A stretch of 63,981 bases of DNA, counting the filler, from Octopus bimaculoides (lineage: Eukaryota): the NCBI RefSeq assembly GCF_001194135.2. It is 7 parts of 7 records of this genome, joined end to end, with 100 filler letters (N's around TTAATTAATTAA, not from the genome) between each part and the next. Parts side by side here need not be neighbours in the genome. Positions count along the whole stretch, not along the records: positions 52,060 to 58,720 come from NC_068997.1; positions 58,821 to 60,326 come from NW_026439809.1; positions 60,427 to 62,844 come from NC_068985.1; positions 62,945 to 63,981 come from NW_026428534.1; 3 more parts are not named here. One strand, written 5' to 3'. Shown piece after piece: positions 54,333-63,981 of the stretch (positions are counted from its first letter, which is position 1; every line of letters starts with the position of its first letter). The translations under genes and the position numbers were made by a program. The notes under the pieces are model-generated. The model saw only the letters and a list, made by a program, of their open reading frames with translations. It did no database searches and had not been told where the DNA came from.

Positions 54333-54754
54333 GAGGCGCAATGGCCCAGTGGTTAGGGCAGCGGAGTCACGGTTGTAGGGTCGCGGTTTCGATTCTCAGG
54401 CTGGGCGTTGTGAGTGTTTATTGAGCGAAAACACCTAAAAGCTCCACGAAGCTCCAACAGGGGATGGTGGCGAACCCTACTGCACTCTTTCACCACAACT
54501 TTCTCTCACTCTATCTTCCTGTTTCTGTCGTACCTGTATTTCAAAGGGCCAGCCTCGTCACACTCTGTGTCACGCTGAATCTCCCCACGAGAACTCCGTT
54601 AAGGGTACACGTGTCTGTGGATCAACTGGAATCCTCGTCATCGTAACCGACGGTGTGCCAACCATATCTAAATGCATGGAGGCGCAATGGCCCAGTGGTT
54701 AGGGCAGCGGAGTCACGGTTGTAGGGTCGCGGTTTCGATTCTCAGGCTGGGCGT
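54333..54754 (+). mobile_element. Full SINE family A (tRNA-like head) plus a tandemly repeated head
   Basis: Box A TGGCCCAGTGG, box B-like TTTCGATTCTC. 54318-54408 is identical to 54664-54754. Confidence 0.9.
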
Positions 54755-54823
54755 NNNNNNNNNNNNNNNNNNCATTTTTCTTTTGCCAAATAAACACACG
54801 CACTATATATTCGTTCTTCAATT

Positions 54824-54859
<36 letters not shown>

Positions 54860-54860
<1 letters not shown>

Positions 54861-55090
54861 GGAGCACTTCGTCGGTTACGACGACGAGGGTCCCAGCTGA
54901 TACGATCAACGGAACAGCTTGCTTGTGAAATTAACGTGCAAGTGACTGAACAATCCACAGACACGTGTACCCGTAACGTAGTTCTCAAGAAAATTCAGCG
55001 TGACACAGAGTGTGACAAGGCTGGCCATTTGAAACACAGGTACGACTCTTTTTTGCCAGCTGAGCGAACTGAAGCAACGTGAAATAAAGG
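54860..55090 (-). mobile_element. SINE family D, inverted relative to the adjacent family A copy
   Basis: Reverse complement matches 4255-4465. Confidence 0.88.
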
Positions 55091-55317
55091 TCCACAGAAA
55101 CTGAAGAACTGGCAAGTAGCTACACCTGGAAATAACTGCCGTCCATTACTAAGGATCGAGACAGATGAAAATCTCTTGTTGGGGTCTTGTACTCTAGGTG
55201 GAGTTAAAGGATTAAGAAGAAGATACTAGGGTGTAAAGATAAGATATAGGCTATTGGCGTGATGAAACAAGTGAGATTAATATATATGTGCAATAAAACA
55301 TTTCTATTTTTTTACAG

Positions 55318-55443
55318 TTGACCACCAATGGCAGTGAGGCATGGACCAATTCAAAAGACAGGTCTGCCTACTATCTGCACCAACTCAGTCCAGATTTACC
55401 AGATCTCAACCTATACAGCAGAATCGTTGTTGGTGAACTCAAT
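55318..55443 (+). CDS. Internal exon of an SLC3/rBAT-like GH13-fold heavy chain (LTTNGSEAWTNSKDRSAYYLHQLSPDLPDLNLYSRIVVGELN)
   Basis: Acceptor TTTTTTTACAG, donor AAT|GTAAGT, 126 nt, phase 0-0, open. Contains the GH13 motif W..YYLHQ....PDLN. Size and phase match human SLC3A1 exon 4 as I recall it. Confidence 0.93.
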
Positions 55444-56523
55444 GTAAGTAACTCACAAACCACGATATATCTTTGAATTACAATGCCTTTGTTGTTACCG
55501 TTTGTCTTGCTTCTGTCGTTGTCCTTGTTATTGTTATTATTTGAGACCCGTCAACTTTGATTCATAATCTATCATCAATTAGGAATTCCAATCTTAATTT
55601 TTTAATTGAAAAAAAAAAAAAAATTCACATAAATTATCAAGGAATACATTATCAAATGCCCCCCCCTTTTTTTTTTCAGATACTAGGGTGTAGTTTCATA
55701 TAGATTTTGATAGCTATTTCTAACGTATCAACTAATTCATAAAACGATCCGGCGGCTTCGAACGTAAATACCTGATCGCTGTCGTTTTCGTCCCATTGAC
55801 AGAAATTAACAGCAATGAGATATTGACGTTAGAATCTGCCANNNNNNNNNNNNNNNNNNNNNNNNNNNNNNNNNNNNNNNNNNNNNNNNNNNNNNNNNNN
55901 NNNNNNNNNNNNNNNNNNNNNNNNNNNNNNNNNNNNNNNNNNNNNNNNNNNNNNNNNNNNNNNNNNNNNNNNNNNNNNNNNNNNNNNNNNNNNNNNNNNN
56001 NNNNNNNNNNNNNNNNNNNNNNNNNNNNNNNNNNNNNNNNNNNNNNNNNNNNNNNNNNNNNNNNNNNNNNNNNNNNNNNNNNNNNNNNNNNNNNNNNNNN
56101 NNNNNNNNNNNNNNNNNNNNNNNNNNNNNNNNNNNNNNNNNNNNNNNNNNNNNNNNNNNNNNNNNNNNNNNNNNNNNNNNNNNNNNNNNNNNNNNNNNNN
56201 NNNNNNNNNNNNNNNNNNNNNNNNNNNNNNNNNNNNNNNNNNNNNNNNNNNNNNNNNNNNNNNNNNNNNNNNNNNNNNNNNNNNNNNNNNNNNNNNNNNN
56301 NNNNNNNNNNNNNNNNNNNNNNNNNNNNNNNNNNNNNNNNNNNNNNNNNNNNNNNNNNNNNNNNNNNNNNNNNNNNNNNNNNNNNNNNNNNNNNNNNNNN
56401 NNNNNNNNNNNNNNNNNNNNNNNNNNNNNNNNNNNNNNNGGTTAAAATATAATTTTTTTATGTATTATGTAAGTACGTACGTATGTATGCATCTGTCTGT
56501 CTGTCTGTCTGTCTATCTGTCTG

Positions 56524-56572
<49 letters not shown>

Positions 56573-56603
56573 GCGTATTTTCTCTTATGTGTGAGTGCAT
56601 CTG

Positions 56604-56635
<32 letters not shown>

Positions 56636-56685
56636 TGTATGTATGTATGTGTGTATGCGTTTTTATTTATTTCTGTATATTCCAG

Positions 56686-56802
56686 AAAATCCTTCACTAC
56701 TGGATGTCACTTGGTGTTGATGGTTTTAATATTCGTCACTCGGGGTTCATGTTAGAAGACAGTGACCTGCGCAATGACGTGCAATTAAATTCAAATAAAC
56801 CA
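56686..56802 (+). CDS. Next internal exon of the SLC3-like gene (KILHYWMSLGVDGFNIRHSGFMLEDSDLRNDVQLNSNKP)
   Basis: Acceptor TATATTCCAG, donor CCA|GTAAGT, 117 nt, phase 0-0. W...GVDGF is the GH13 beta4 motif; aligns with rBAT [24 protein letters not shown] (recalled). Confidence 0.95.
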
Positions 56803-56869
56803 GTAAGTTTACAGTATTTTTTTTCCAGTTTTTACACGACTCAGTCAAAGAAAAGGGGCCAGAAAAGAA

Positions 56870-57030
56870 GTAAAACCAATTACCCGGTTTCCATGGTATA
56901 TAGTTACCCGAAATGAAAACATTCTTCCTGAATCGGACACCAGGGTTACTCACAGTTGAGTTGACTGGGGCAACGTGAAATAAAATTTTTGATCAAGAAC
57001 ACAAAGAACCATCCAGTCCGGGTGAAACAA
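56870..57030 (-). mobile_element. CORE-like SINE family E in the SLC3 intron; second copy on minus at 63560-63730
   Basis: Reverse complement TTGTGTTCTTGA..AA...ATTTCACGTTG..C.AGTC..CTCA.CTG, then a tail with GGAAACCGG, present in both copies. Confidence 0.7.
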
Positions 57031-58005
57031 AACTACGATCTAGTAATCTTGAATGAATACCCTAACCTCTAGGGTATGCGCTTCCCCCATTATTCCGGTA
57101 GCTATAAGGGGAAGAATAAGTGAGGGTTTTTTCCCCCTCAATCAGATACTTGGCCTGAATGCCTTCAACAGAGTGTAGTCATTAAAACAACCAAATGGTT
57201 ATACTGAACCGGGATATGGATTGCATATAGAAACTTCGAAATTTAGAGGCGTAAGTGTGACTCTGTGGATCGCTGTGCACTTACGTAGTTTCTGGTTATT
57301 TACTTTGGGTAAATAACGTCTTCTATAATGCCCGCCCTTGTGGGGGAATTTTATGTGTGTTCGTTTGCAATTATGAACAACTGATAAGTGATGATAACAT
57401 ATACTAACATGATGATTTCCAATGCATAAAGATAACTAAACGAATCCAGTCTGCGAAATAGAACGCCTTCTGTTTCTACTCAACGAAATGGAGTGTAGAT
57501 TATAATACTGCAAAGCGCAATTTTTATCTCTAAAACAGAAGTTAATTCATCGTGATGTTGGACAAAACACCAAAACCTGAGGAAAAAATTCATGATCAGC
57601 GTTTGTTCCCTAAGATTAATAACGTCGTCATGCAATATCTTACATAAAACCTTTCATTCAAGGGCCTCATCCAAGCCATTACGCTTCTCGTTTTCGTTAT
57701 GACAAAGATAATTTAGTCCGCTTATCGAACAGAAAACTAAGCCTTATGTAGCTTCGGGCTCCATTGTTCCCTTTCTGCCTTTAATTTACGTAATTTATTC
57801 ATATCCAACACTTCCATTTTATTTATGACAAAATAACTTAGTCAACTAAGAGCAAACTAGGAGTGATCTGATTTATGACTCGACTATTTTGACTTTTGAA
57901 ATGTGATGATTGATGAAATAACACCCTAAAATATATTTCAACTTATTAAGGTTATTTAAAAAAAAAATTTATGCTTATTTGCTTATTTCTATTTTAATTT
58001 TATAG

Positions 58006-58115
58006 AATCCCTATGACAACATGGAACACACAAATTCCTTTGGGTTAGCGTCTAATATAATTCTGTTAAAACTATGGCACCACATTATCGAAGACAACCA
58101 GGGCCAGAACGGAAG
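58006..58115 (+). CDS. Third visible exon of the SLC3-like gene (NPYDNMEHTNSFGLASNIILLKLWHHIIEDNQGQNG + AG)
   Basis: Acceptor TTAATTTTATAG, donor AAG|GTATGT, 110 nt, phase 0-2, in frame with the previous exon. Equivalent in position to rBAT exon 6, which also ends in phase 2 (recalled). Confidence 0.85.
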
Positions 58116-58404
58116 GTATGTAGTTTTAGAATAATATATGCGCTTTCAACCACTTTTGACTGTCTTTTCTGCGCTAATATCTAACTAGAATATTTCTTTA
58201 AATTCTCAAGATATCTTATTTCTAAAGGCATACAACACATACAAACACACAGACGAGCAGACACACAGACGAGCAGACACACAGACTTCTCTCTGTCTAG
58301 CTGTCTCTCTTCTCTCTCCTCTGTATCTCGCTTTATTCCTCTTGGTCTCTCGGACTGAAATATCTTTGGACATATAGTCACTGTATTTCACTGTATTTCA
58401 GTCT

Positions 58405-58525
58405 GACACCGATGCTGTCGGGTGTTTTCGCTAGATAAACACTCACAACGCCCGGTCTGGGAAACGAAACCGTGATCCTTCGACCGCGTGTCTGCTGTCC
58501 TAACCACTGGGCCATTGCGCCTCCC
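58405..58525 (-). mobile_element. SINE family A, 5' head
   Basis: Reverse complement GGGAGGCGCAATGGCCCAGTGGTTAGGACAGCAGAC...TTTCGTTTCCCAGACCGGGCGTTGTGAGTG. Confidence 0.85.
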
Positions 58526-58820
58526 ACGCACAAAATCACAGCTTCGAAATCTTCGAAATACTGACTGGGTAAAAATTATAACATTAAAAAAAAATCTGGA
58601 AAAAGTAAAATATCTCCTGAGATCCAGGTTGGAATCCAAATTTTAAAATAAACTTTTCACAGCTGCAACCAAATAGAAAAATATCTTGTCTGTCTGCCTC
58701 TCTCTCTCTCTCTCTTATATNNNNNNNNNNNNNNNNNNNNNNNNNNNNNNNNNNNNNNNNNNNNTTAATTAATTAANNNNNNNNNNNNNNNNNNNNNNNN
58801 NNNNNNNNNNNNNNNNNNNN

Positions 58821-60326
58821 ATGAAAGGTCGATTCTATAGGCAAAAGAAGGATCGTTTGTTTAGCTAAAGGAAAGATCGTTTGTATAGCTAAAGGGAAGA
58901 TCATTTGTATAGTCAAAGGAAAGATCGTTTGTATGGCCAATGTAAAGATCGTTTGTATATCTAAAGAATGATCGTTTGTATAGCCAAAGGAAAGATCGTT
59001 TGTATAGCTAAAGGAAAGATCGTTTGTATAGCTAAAGCAAAGATCGTTTGTATAGCGAAAGGAATGATCGTTTGTATAGATAAAGGGAAGATCGTTTGTA
59101 TAGCCAAAGAAAGATCGGTTGTATAGCTAAAGGACAGATCGTTTGTATAGCCAAAGGAATGATCGTTTAAATAGCCACAGGGAAGATCGTTTGTATAGCC
59201 AAATGAAAGATCGTATGTAAAGCTAAAGGATAGAACGTTTATATAGGTAAAGGAAAGATCGTTCGTATAGCAAAAGGAAAGATCGTTTCTATAGTCAAAG
59301 GAAAGATCGATTGTATAGCCAAAGGAAAGATCGTTCGTATAGCTAAAGCAAAGATCGTTTGTATAGCGAAAGGAAAGATCGTTTGTATAGATAAAGGGAA
59401 GATCGTTTGTATAGCCAAAGACAGATCGGTTGTATAGCCAAAGGAAAGATCGTTTGTATAGCCAAAGGAAAGATCGTTTGTATAGCTAAAGGGAAGATCG
59501 TTTCTATAGGCAAAGAAAAGATCGTTAGTATAGCAATATGAAAGATCGTTTGTATAGCCAAAGGAAAGATCGTTTGTATAGCCAAAGGAAAGATCGTTTG
59601 TATAGCAAAAGAAAAGATCGTTTGTATAGGCAAAGGAAAGATCGTTTGTATAGATAAAGGGAAGATCGTTTGTATAGCTAAAGGAAATATAGTTTGAATA
59701 GGTAAACGAATGATCGTTTGAATAGGTAACCGAAAGATCGTTTGTATAGCGAGATTGAAGATCGTTTGTATAGCCAAAGGAAAGATCGTTCGTATAGCTA
59801 AATGGAAGATCGTTTGTATAGCCAAAGGAAAGATCGTTTGTATAGCTACAGGAAAGATCGTCTGTATAGCCAAAGGAAATATCGTTTGAATAGGTAAACG
59901 AAAGATCGTTTGTATAGCAAAAGGAAATATCGTTTGAATAGGTAACCGAAAGATCGTTTGCATAGCTAGAGAAAAGATCGTCTGTATAGCTAAATGAGAG
60001 GTCGATTCAATAGGCGAAAGAAGGATCGTTTGTTTAGCTAAAGGAAAGATCGTTTGTATAGCCAATAGGAATGATCGTTTAAATAGCCACAGGGAAGATC
60101 GTTTGTATAGCCAAAGGAAAGCGCGTTTGTATAGCCACAGGAAAAATCGTTTGTATAGCCAAAGGAAAGATCGCATGTATAGCTAAAGGAAAGATCGTTT
60201 GTATAGCTAAATAAAAGTTCGATTCAATAGTCAAAAGAAGGATCGTTTGTATAGATAAAGGGAAGATCGTTTGTACAGCCAAAGGAAATATCGTTTGAAT
60301 AGGTAACCGAAAGATCGTTTGTATAG
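58821..60326. repeat. 24-bp minisatellite, about 62 units, consensus AAAGGAAAGATCGTTTGTATAGCC
   Basis: Direct reading of the tandem units; the minus-strand translation repeats FPLAIQTI (8 aa = 24 nt). Confidence 0.97.
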
Positions 60327-60458
60327 NNNNNNNNNNNNNNNNNNNNNNNNNNNNNNNNNNNNNNNNNNNNTTAATTAATTAANNNNNNNNNNNNNNNNNN
60401 NNNNNNNNNNNNNNNNNNNNNNNNNNTATATATATATGTATTATGTATAAGGCAACTC

Positions 60459-60496
<38 letters not shown>

Positions 60497-60785
60497 GCGC
60501 GCGCGCGCGTATCAACGGGTAGCTAGATAGATAGATATGGAGGGAGAGGGAGAGAGAGAGAGAGGCAGGGAGAGAGACAGAGGGAGGTACATACGTAAAT
60601 ATGCGAAGGGATCCATATTAACAGGTTCTGGATGAGAGACCAAAATTTTGGTGCCACAATGCCTTGAAATGGCTCACTCGTACATCAGTGTCAACACGTC
60701 ACAGACATTTATTTATATAATATATACATACATATAAATAAATACAAGCATAATGCATATGTGTGTGTGTGTGCGTGTATAAAGG

Positions 60786-60823
<38 letters not shown>

Positions 60824-61205
60824 TATATATGTATATATATATACATATATACTATATATATGTACTATGTATACGATATATGTTACACATAATATGATTT
60901 ATTAAGCATATTATGGCAAAGTGTAAAATATCAATACAACTGAGATGAAAAATAATAAGGAACATATGTATGTCATTAAATTAAATGTATGATTATATGT
61001 GAGAATAGAGAGAAGGATCGTATGTGACATTAAATAGATATTTAAAAACTGATGGGATATACATAAATAATTGCATGTACGTATACATGTATCATAGGGG
61101 TGTATAGTGAATGTATATGTGTTTGTGAATATTTGTATGAGAATATGACGGGATGTAAACATATGCATACACAGATACATATGTGTGTATAAGCGTGTGT
61201 TTATG

Positions 61206-61246
<41 letters not shown>

Positions 61247-61602
61247 NNNNNNNNNNNNNNNNNNNNNNNNNNNNNNNNNNNNNNNNNNNNNNNNNNNNNN
61301 NNNNNNNNNNNNNNNNNNNNNNNNNNNNNNNNNNNNNNNNNNNNNNNNNNNNNNNNNNNNNNNNNNNNNNNNNNNNNNNNNNNNNNNNNNNNNNNNNNNN
61401 NNNNNNNNNNNNNNNNNNNNNNNNNNNNNNNNNNNNNNNNNNNNNNNNNNNNNNNNNNNNNNNNNNNNNNNNNNNNNNNNNNNNNNNNNNNNNNNNNNNN
61501 NNNNNNNNNNNNNNNNNNNNNNNNNNNNNNNNNNNNNNNNNNNNNNNNNNNNNNNNNNNNNNNNNNNNNNNNNNNNNNNNNNNNNNNNNNNNNNNNNNNN
61601 NN

Positions 61603-62844
61603 AATATCTATGATTCGAGTTTCATCAAAATTGGAGATTAATGAGGGTTCTTTCTCTCTTTACCCAACCTAACAAAAATTCTAATCATGACATATTTATC
61701 CCATACTACTCACCTTTATATCCAGATTCCAAAATCCAAATCTTATAAACCCTATTGAAAGGTTTTTGCTCCTGAAAAATGGAACACATGCAGCTCTAAA
61801 ATGTGGGAGTTAAGGCCCCTATTAGGGGGTCTTAAAGTCAGCTAGAGAAGTTGAATTATTGGGAAACTTTTTTAAGTTGTGTCTTATATCCATTGTTCAA
61901 ATGCTCACTAGGTTTGTGAAAGAGACAAAAGCTAGAGGAAACCAAAAAACAAATGATCACAATAAGTAGTCAGCTACCGTACCCTAGTCGTTACCACTCC
62001 CAAATGTATGATTCCTCACCATACAGGTGACCAGCACAGCCGTAACATGCATGACGGATCTATAGCAATTGGAAGGGCGTGACCCAACTCAAATAAACGT
62101 GATGGCTAAATGTCACGTCTGGAATTTACCAATGATCACTATGACGACAGGTAACTTAACGGAATAAATTTGCAATCTATAAATCTCTTTGAATGACCAA
62201 TCACTTATCTGGAAAGTGCTTGGAATCAATGTTACCATCTGGGGACTATCTCTGACCCAGTGATAATAAAAAGACTCAAAGGAGGTCTGCAACCAAATAA
62301 TTTTACTCAAAATTACATTTTGCAACTGAATCAGTGAAGGCAAAGATGCGTCTCCTTTACTTGACAATTTATGCTCCACATTGCAGAAATCACAATCTAA
62401 GTATCTCTCAAAGCAAACTCTTACACTGTTGTACCATTGAATTACAAATAATGCGCATCTTTTATCCTCGGGTGGCTCTACAGCTTCCAAGACTACAATT
62501 GTATTCATCTTGGCTTAAGAAAATTTTGGGGGTTAAGCCCCCATTAAGGAGTCTTACTAACTTCTAAGAAGTTGAAATTTTAGGAATATTACTTCATTTG
62601 TATCTATGGTTAAGATTTTATTAACAGCAAAAATATATGAATTTTCATGGGGATTATGACCTAATTTATGCCCCCTCACTTTCAAACATATACTGCATTA
62701 TATCCACCCTTATGCACAGAATATAATTTCCAAACTTCATAAGGATCCATTCAGTACTTTTGACCTTGTTTTGGATTATAAAAAATGACTAAAATTTGGG
62801 AGTTAAGGTCCCCATTATGAGGTCTTAAAATCCTCATGAGAAGT
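61603..62844. repeat. Unclassified element with three copies of a ~57-bp motif
   Basis: AAAT(G/T)TGGG(A/G)GTTAAG(G/C)..CC.ATTA.G.(G/A)GTCTTA...GAAGT at 61798, 62521 and 62791. Confidence 0.55.
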
Positions 62845-63559
62845 NNNNNNNNNNNNNNNNNNNNNNNNNNNNNNNNNNNNNNNNNNNNTTAATTAATTAA
62901 NNNNNNNNNNNNNNNNNNNNNNNNNNNNNNNNNNNNNNNNNNNNTAGCAACAGTGGTGTAGTTGTTACTTCGTCCCAGGTCAGATCTAAACGAGTAGATC
63001 TATGAAGGCATTCCAGCCATGACACCCTGTCTTTTTCCTGTGTGTGTAGAAAGAATCCACGACTACATTACACTTATTTTTAAATCACAGGATGAGATTT
63101 GGCTGCTATTCCTAGCAAATTGAGTGGTTATATACAATCACTTCTTGGATCGTAATAACAGTCGTAATAGTGATGCTAGTAATAGGTGTAGTGAGGTGAT
63201 GTTAGTAATAATAGTGGTAGAGCTGGAGTATTAAACATTAATTGTGGTGGTGGTGGTGGTGGTAATGGCGGCAATGATATAATTGTAGCAGCAGTGTTGG
63301 TAGTGTGGTAGTATTAATAATCGTAAGGGTGGTTGTAATGGTGATGATAGTGGTGATTAGGACGGTGGTATCGCAAAATTAGAAAGAAATAATTGAAATT
63401 CAATTTCACCGTGGGACAGTAAAATAGTCTATTACCTGTTCCTAGGGATATAAGAGATGAAGAGTGTCATATAAATATAGCGCAGATTGAGAACAGGTTT
63501 CTAGTAACAGGGAAGGGCTGGGGTTAGTCCACATTATTCTACAGTAAGCATTGGACCGG

Positions 63560-63730
63560 TTTCCATTCCTCCCTGGACGAGAAGCTGGTAGGTCGTAGGA
63601 TTACCCATTTTTACCAGCTGAGCAGACTAGAACAACGTGAAATGAAGTGTGTTGCTCAAGAACACAACGCATCACTCAGTCCAGGAATCGAAACAATCTT
63701 CCGATCATGAGTCCAGTACCTTAACCACTT
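63560..63730 (-). mobile_element. CORE-like SINE family E with tRNA-like head remnant
   Basis: Reverse complement GTGGTTAAGGTACTGGACTCATGATCGG...TTTCGATTCCTGG...GTGTTCTTGAGCAACACACTTCATTTCACGTTG. Confidence 0.75.
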
Positions 63731-63944
63731 AAAAAGGTTTTGGCATCTCCATATATATGAAATTCGAAATATAAGTGATAAATTATAAAATAATTTTCAA
63801 TTTTTCAAAATGAAACAAATAAACAGTAAGACAGAAAACGTTTATTTTTGTGTACTTCCACTTTATTTATATTTGAAAAGTTTTGTCTTTCTTTTTAATT
63901 GCAATGTCTAATCAGATCCTCAAAATTAATTTTACGTAACTCAC

Positions 63945-63981
63945 CTGCTTCTATACTTCGTAGAGATAAGGCATCCTGAAT
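63945..63981 (-). other. Possible 3' end of a minus-strand exon running off the window (IQDALSLRSIEA+G)
   Basis: Minus-strand CAG|GTGAGT consensus donor with an open frame to the window edge. Only 37 nt visible. Confidence 0.25.

Noticed and set aside
54333-54408. tRNA-like sequences (also 7601, 15430, 51119, 58450)
   Set aside because: No proper acceptor or T stems, and they continue into SINE bodies. These are SINE heads, not tRNA genes.
59343-60176. 277-aa ORF of FPLAIQTI repeats
   Set aside because: It is the reverse translation of the 24-bp minisatellite, whose unit lacks a stop in that frame. No coding evidence.
58821-60326. CRISPR-like periodic array
   Set aside because: There are no unique spacers, the context is eukaryotic and no cas genes are present. 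It is a plain tandem repeat.

Overview
AT-rich, repeat-dense animal genomic DNA, almost certainly a coleoid cephalopod (Octopus-like; inferred from recognisable SINE families, not from a database search). The assembly is fragmented, with many N gaps. Six gaps are artificial 100-nt joins (44 N + TTAATTAATTAA + 44 N). The only confidently identified host gene is three consecutive + strand exons (55318-55443, 56686-56802, 58006-58115) of a GH13-fold SLC3-type heavy chain (rBAT/SLC3A1-like exon layout, catalytic Asp replaced by Arg). Its 5' and 3' exons were not found. The rest is intronic or intergenic: at least six tRNA-derived or unclassified SINE families with shuffled modules, R4/Dong-type restriction-like-endonuclease LINE 3' ends in (TAA)n tracts (one family very young), Tc1/mariner remnants, a 24-bp minisatellite and abundant microsatellites. 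The most unusual items are: (i) a SINE joining a Pol III tRNA head to a minimal, dimer-type hammerhead-ribozyme motif, with an inverted copy of its own tail upstream (7528-7870); (ii) a fold-back SINE dimer with two 3' ends inside one 18-bp target duplication (3753-4142); (iii) a SINE trimer inside one 17-bp duplication (5883-6557). Family letters A-H are working labels of mine. Almost all listed ORFs are microsatellite or N artefacts.
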